The translations under genes were made by a program, and so were the position numbers. A stretch of 64,000 nucleotides of DNA from Paraspadella gotoi (lineage: Eukaryota; Animalia; Chaetognatha), in the NCBI GenBank assembly GCA_051294375.1, contig CM119267.1, positions 26,117,293 through 26,181,292 on the forward strand. The letters run 5' to 3'. Positions 62,881 to 64,000 of the stretch are shown here, piece after piece. The number at the start of each line of letters is the position of its first letter. Positions within the stretch are counted from its first letter, which is position 1. Below the pieces are notes generated by a model that ran no database searches, was not told the origin of the DNA, and saw only the letters and a program-made list of their open reading frames with translations.

Positions 62881-63703
62881 CAAAAAACAACATTTTTAAT
62901 TTTAAATAATTATCGTCGCTTTCAGGATTATCTTTCCATATGTTCGTCGGCGCCGAGCGAAGTTCTCGCCCTCATCGCTCTCCACAACGCGCCTATTTTA
63001 CTTCAGCGAACCCGACGTCTCCTTGAACGGAACTTGGCGTCATTAGCGCTCTTTGCTTCGCCTTCCCTAGAGGATCGACCTCGACGACCACATTCGTCCG
63101 TCTTCTGTCTCCGCTGCTCGAGGTCTTCGGTTCGGCCTCGCCGTTTTGCGAGGCGGCGCTCTCCGAGAAAAGCCTCATGTTGGCACCGACCGCTTTATAT
63201 TACGACGACGACGTCGCCGCCCGGAAAAAAGATGGTAAAAAACTGAAGGATGTACATAAATAATTAAATATCCTTCATAGTTTTCTGCTCACGAGATTCC
63301 TTAACTTATGACATACTGTCATGAAATGATCTAAATATTCGACGTTACTTAATTTGTTTTTTCAGGGAGTGTCCTATTTTCTAGTTACGATTTTTTTCGT
63401 TTGGGATTTGGACGCGCAAATTTTCCGGAAGCTCTTGACCAATTGAGAGCATTTTTGGAAGAGAGAGGTTTCTCTGCGGAAGAGGATGAAAATAGCGTTG
63501 TCTAGAGAAGATAACGGAACGCCGCTCCAAGTCAAAGAAGACGATTCTTTTATGCAATATTTTCCACAAATGCCCTCTTTTGTTGCTAAGCATTGTTAAG
63601 TTAAACTATTGTTAGTTATACATGAATCATGATTATTGGTTAATGTGTCTTTTTCCTATACATATATTTTGATTGGAAATTTAGAGGCCGTATTAAAGTG
63701 GAT

Positions 63704-63918
63704 ATGGCGAGAACCAAGGCTACAGCCCGGCATCACAACGGCCTCCTCGCGAAAATGAGAGCTCGTAAATATGGTGCCAAGAACGTGGGAGTCGCGGGTG
63801 ACGGCGGCAGCTCAGGGGGTAGTAGTGACGAAGATTCAAGTCGGGACTCGAGCAGGAACGGTGATCGTCACCCTCGCCAAAATCCCCGACCTCGTGCGAA
63901 GCCCACTCGGCGATACAG
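63704..63918 (+). CDS. First exon of a histone H3 variant (CenH3/CENP-A candidate); runs off the window
   Basis: MARTKATAR start, long divergent tail, ends KPTRRYR at a GT donor (63919) where H3 has HRYRPG. The histone fold is not in the window. Confidence 0.6.
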
Positions 63919-64000
63919 GTTGGACTTGTAGAGCCCCAATATAACACATAACGTTAATGTTTAATTTTTTTTCTCGAAGATAAAAATTACTGAGTAAGTT

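Larger units (their letters stand above)
60808..63505 (+). pseudogene. Class I/II PLP aminotransferase (capreomycidine-synthase-like), centre missing and frameshifted
   Basis: Exons 60808-60965 (PFKLERYFALHEFSARWLLSCSD), 62926-63234 (DYLSICSSAPSEVLALIAL, frameshift near 63055, FC...LMLAP) and 63366-63505 (FRLGFGRANFPEAL). No middle exons, and exon 1 and 2 phases do not match. Confidence 0.7.

Overview
AT-rich animal (metazoan-type) genomic DNA with GC-rich exons and GT-AG introns. Nine protein-coding genes lie on the + strand, several only 170-370 bp apart: RPL6, a RECQL5-like helicase, an ATF2/7-like bZIP, PMP34/SLC25A17, TOM7, an ABHD-type hydrolase, an INF2-like formin, an interrupted class I/II aminotransferase and the first exon of an H3-variant/CenH3-like gene. 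The RECQL5, formin and bZIP proteins each lack normally invariant functional residues. Introns and spacers hold nested transposons: a DINE-1/HINE-like Helentron family, hAT and Tc1-type MITEs, a foldback element, a non-coding LTR element, a structured 245-bp element, Penelope-type minimal hammerhead ribozymes and an LTR fragment ending in a 28-nt tRNA-Leu copy. The ~8-kb repeat (2539-10574 vs 10974-19461) is probably an assembly artefact. All homology calls come from remembered motifs, not database searches.
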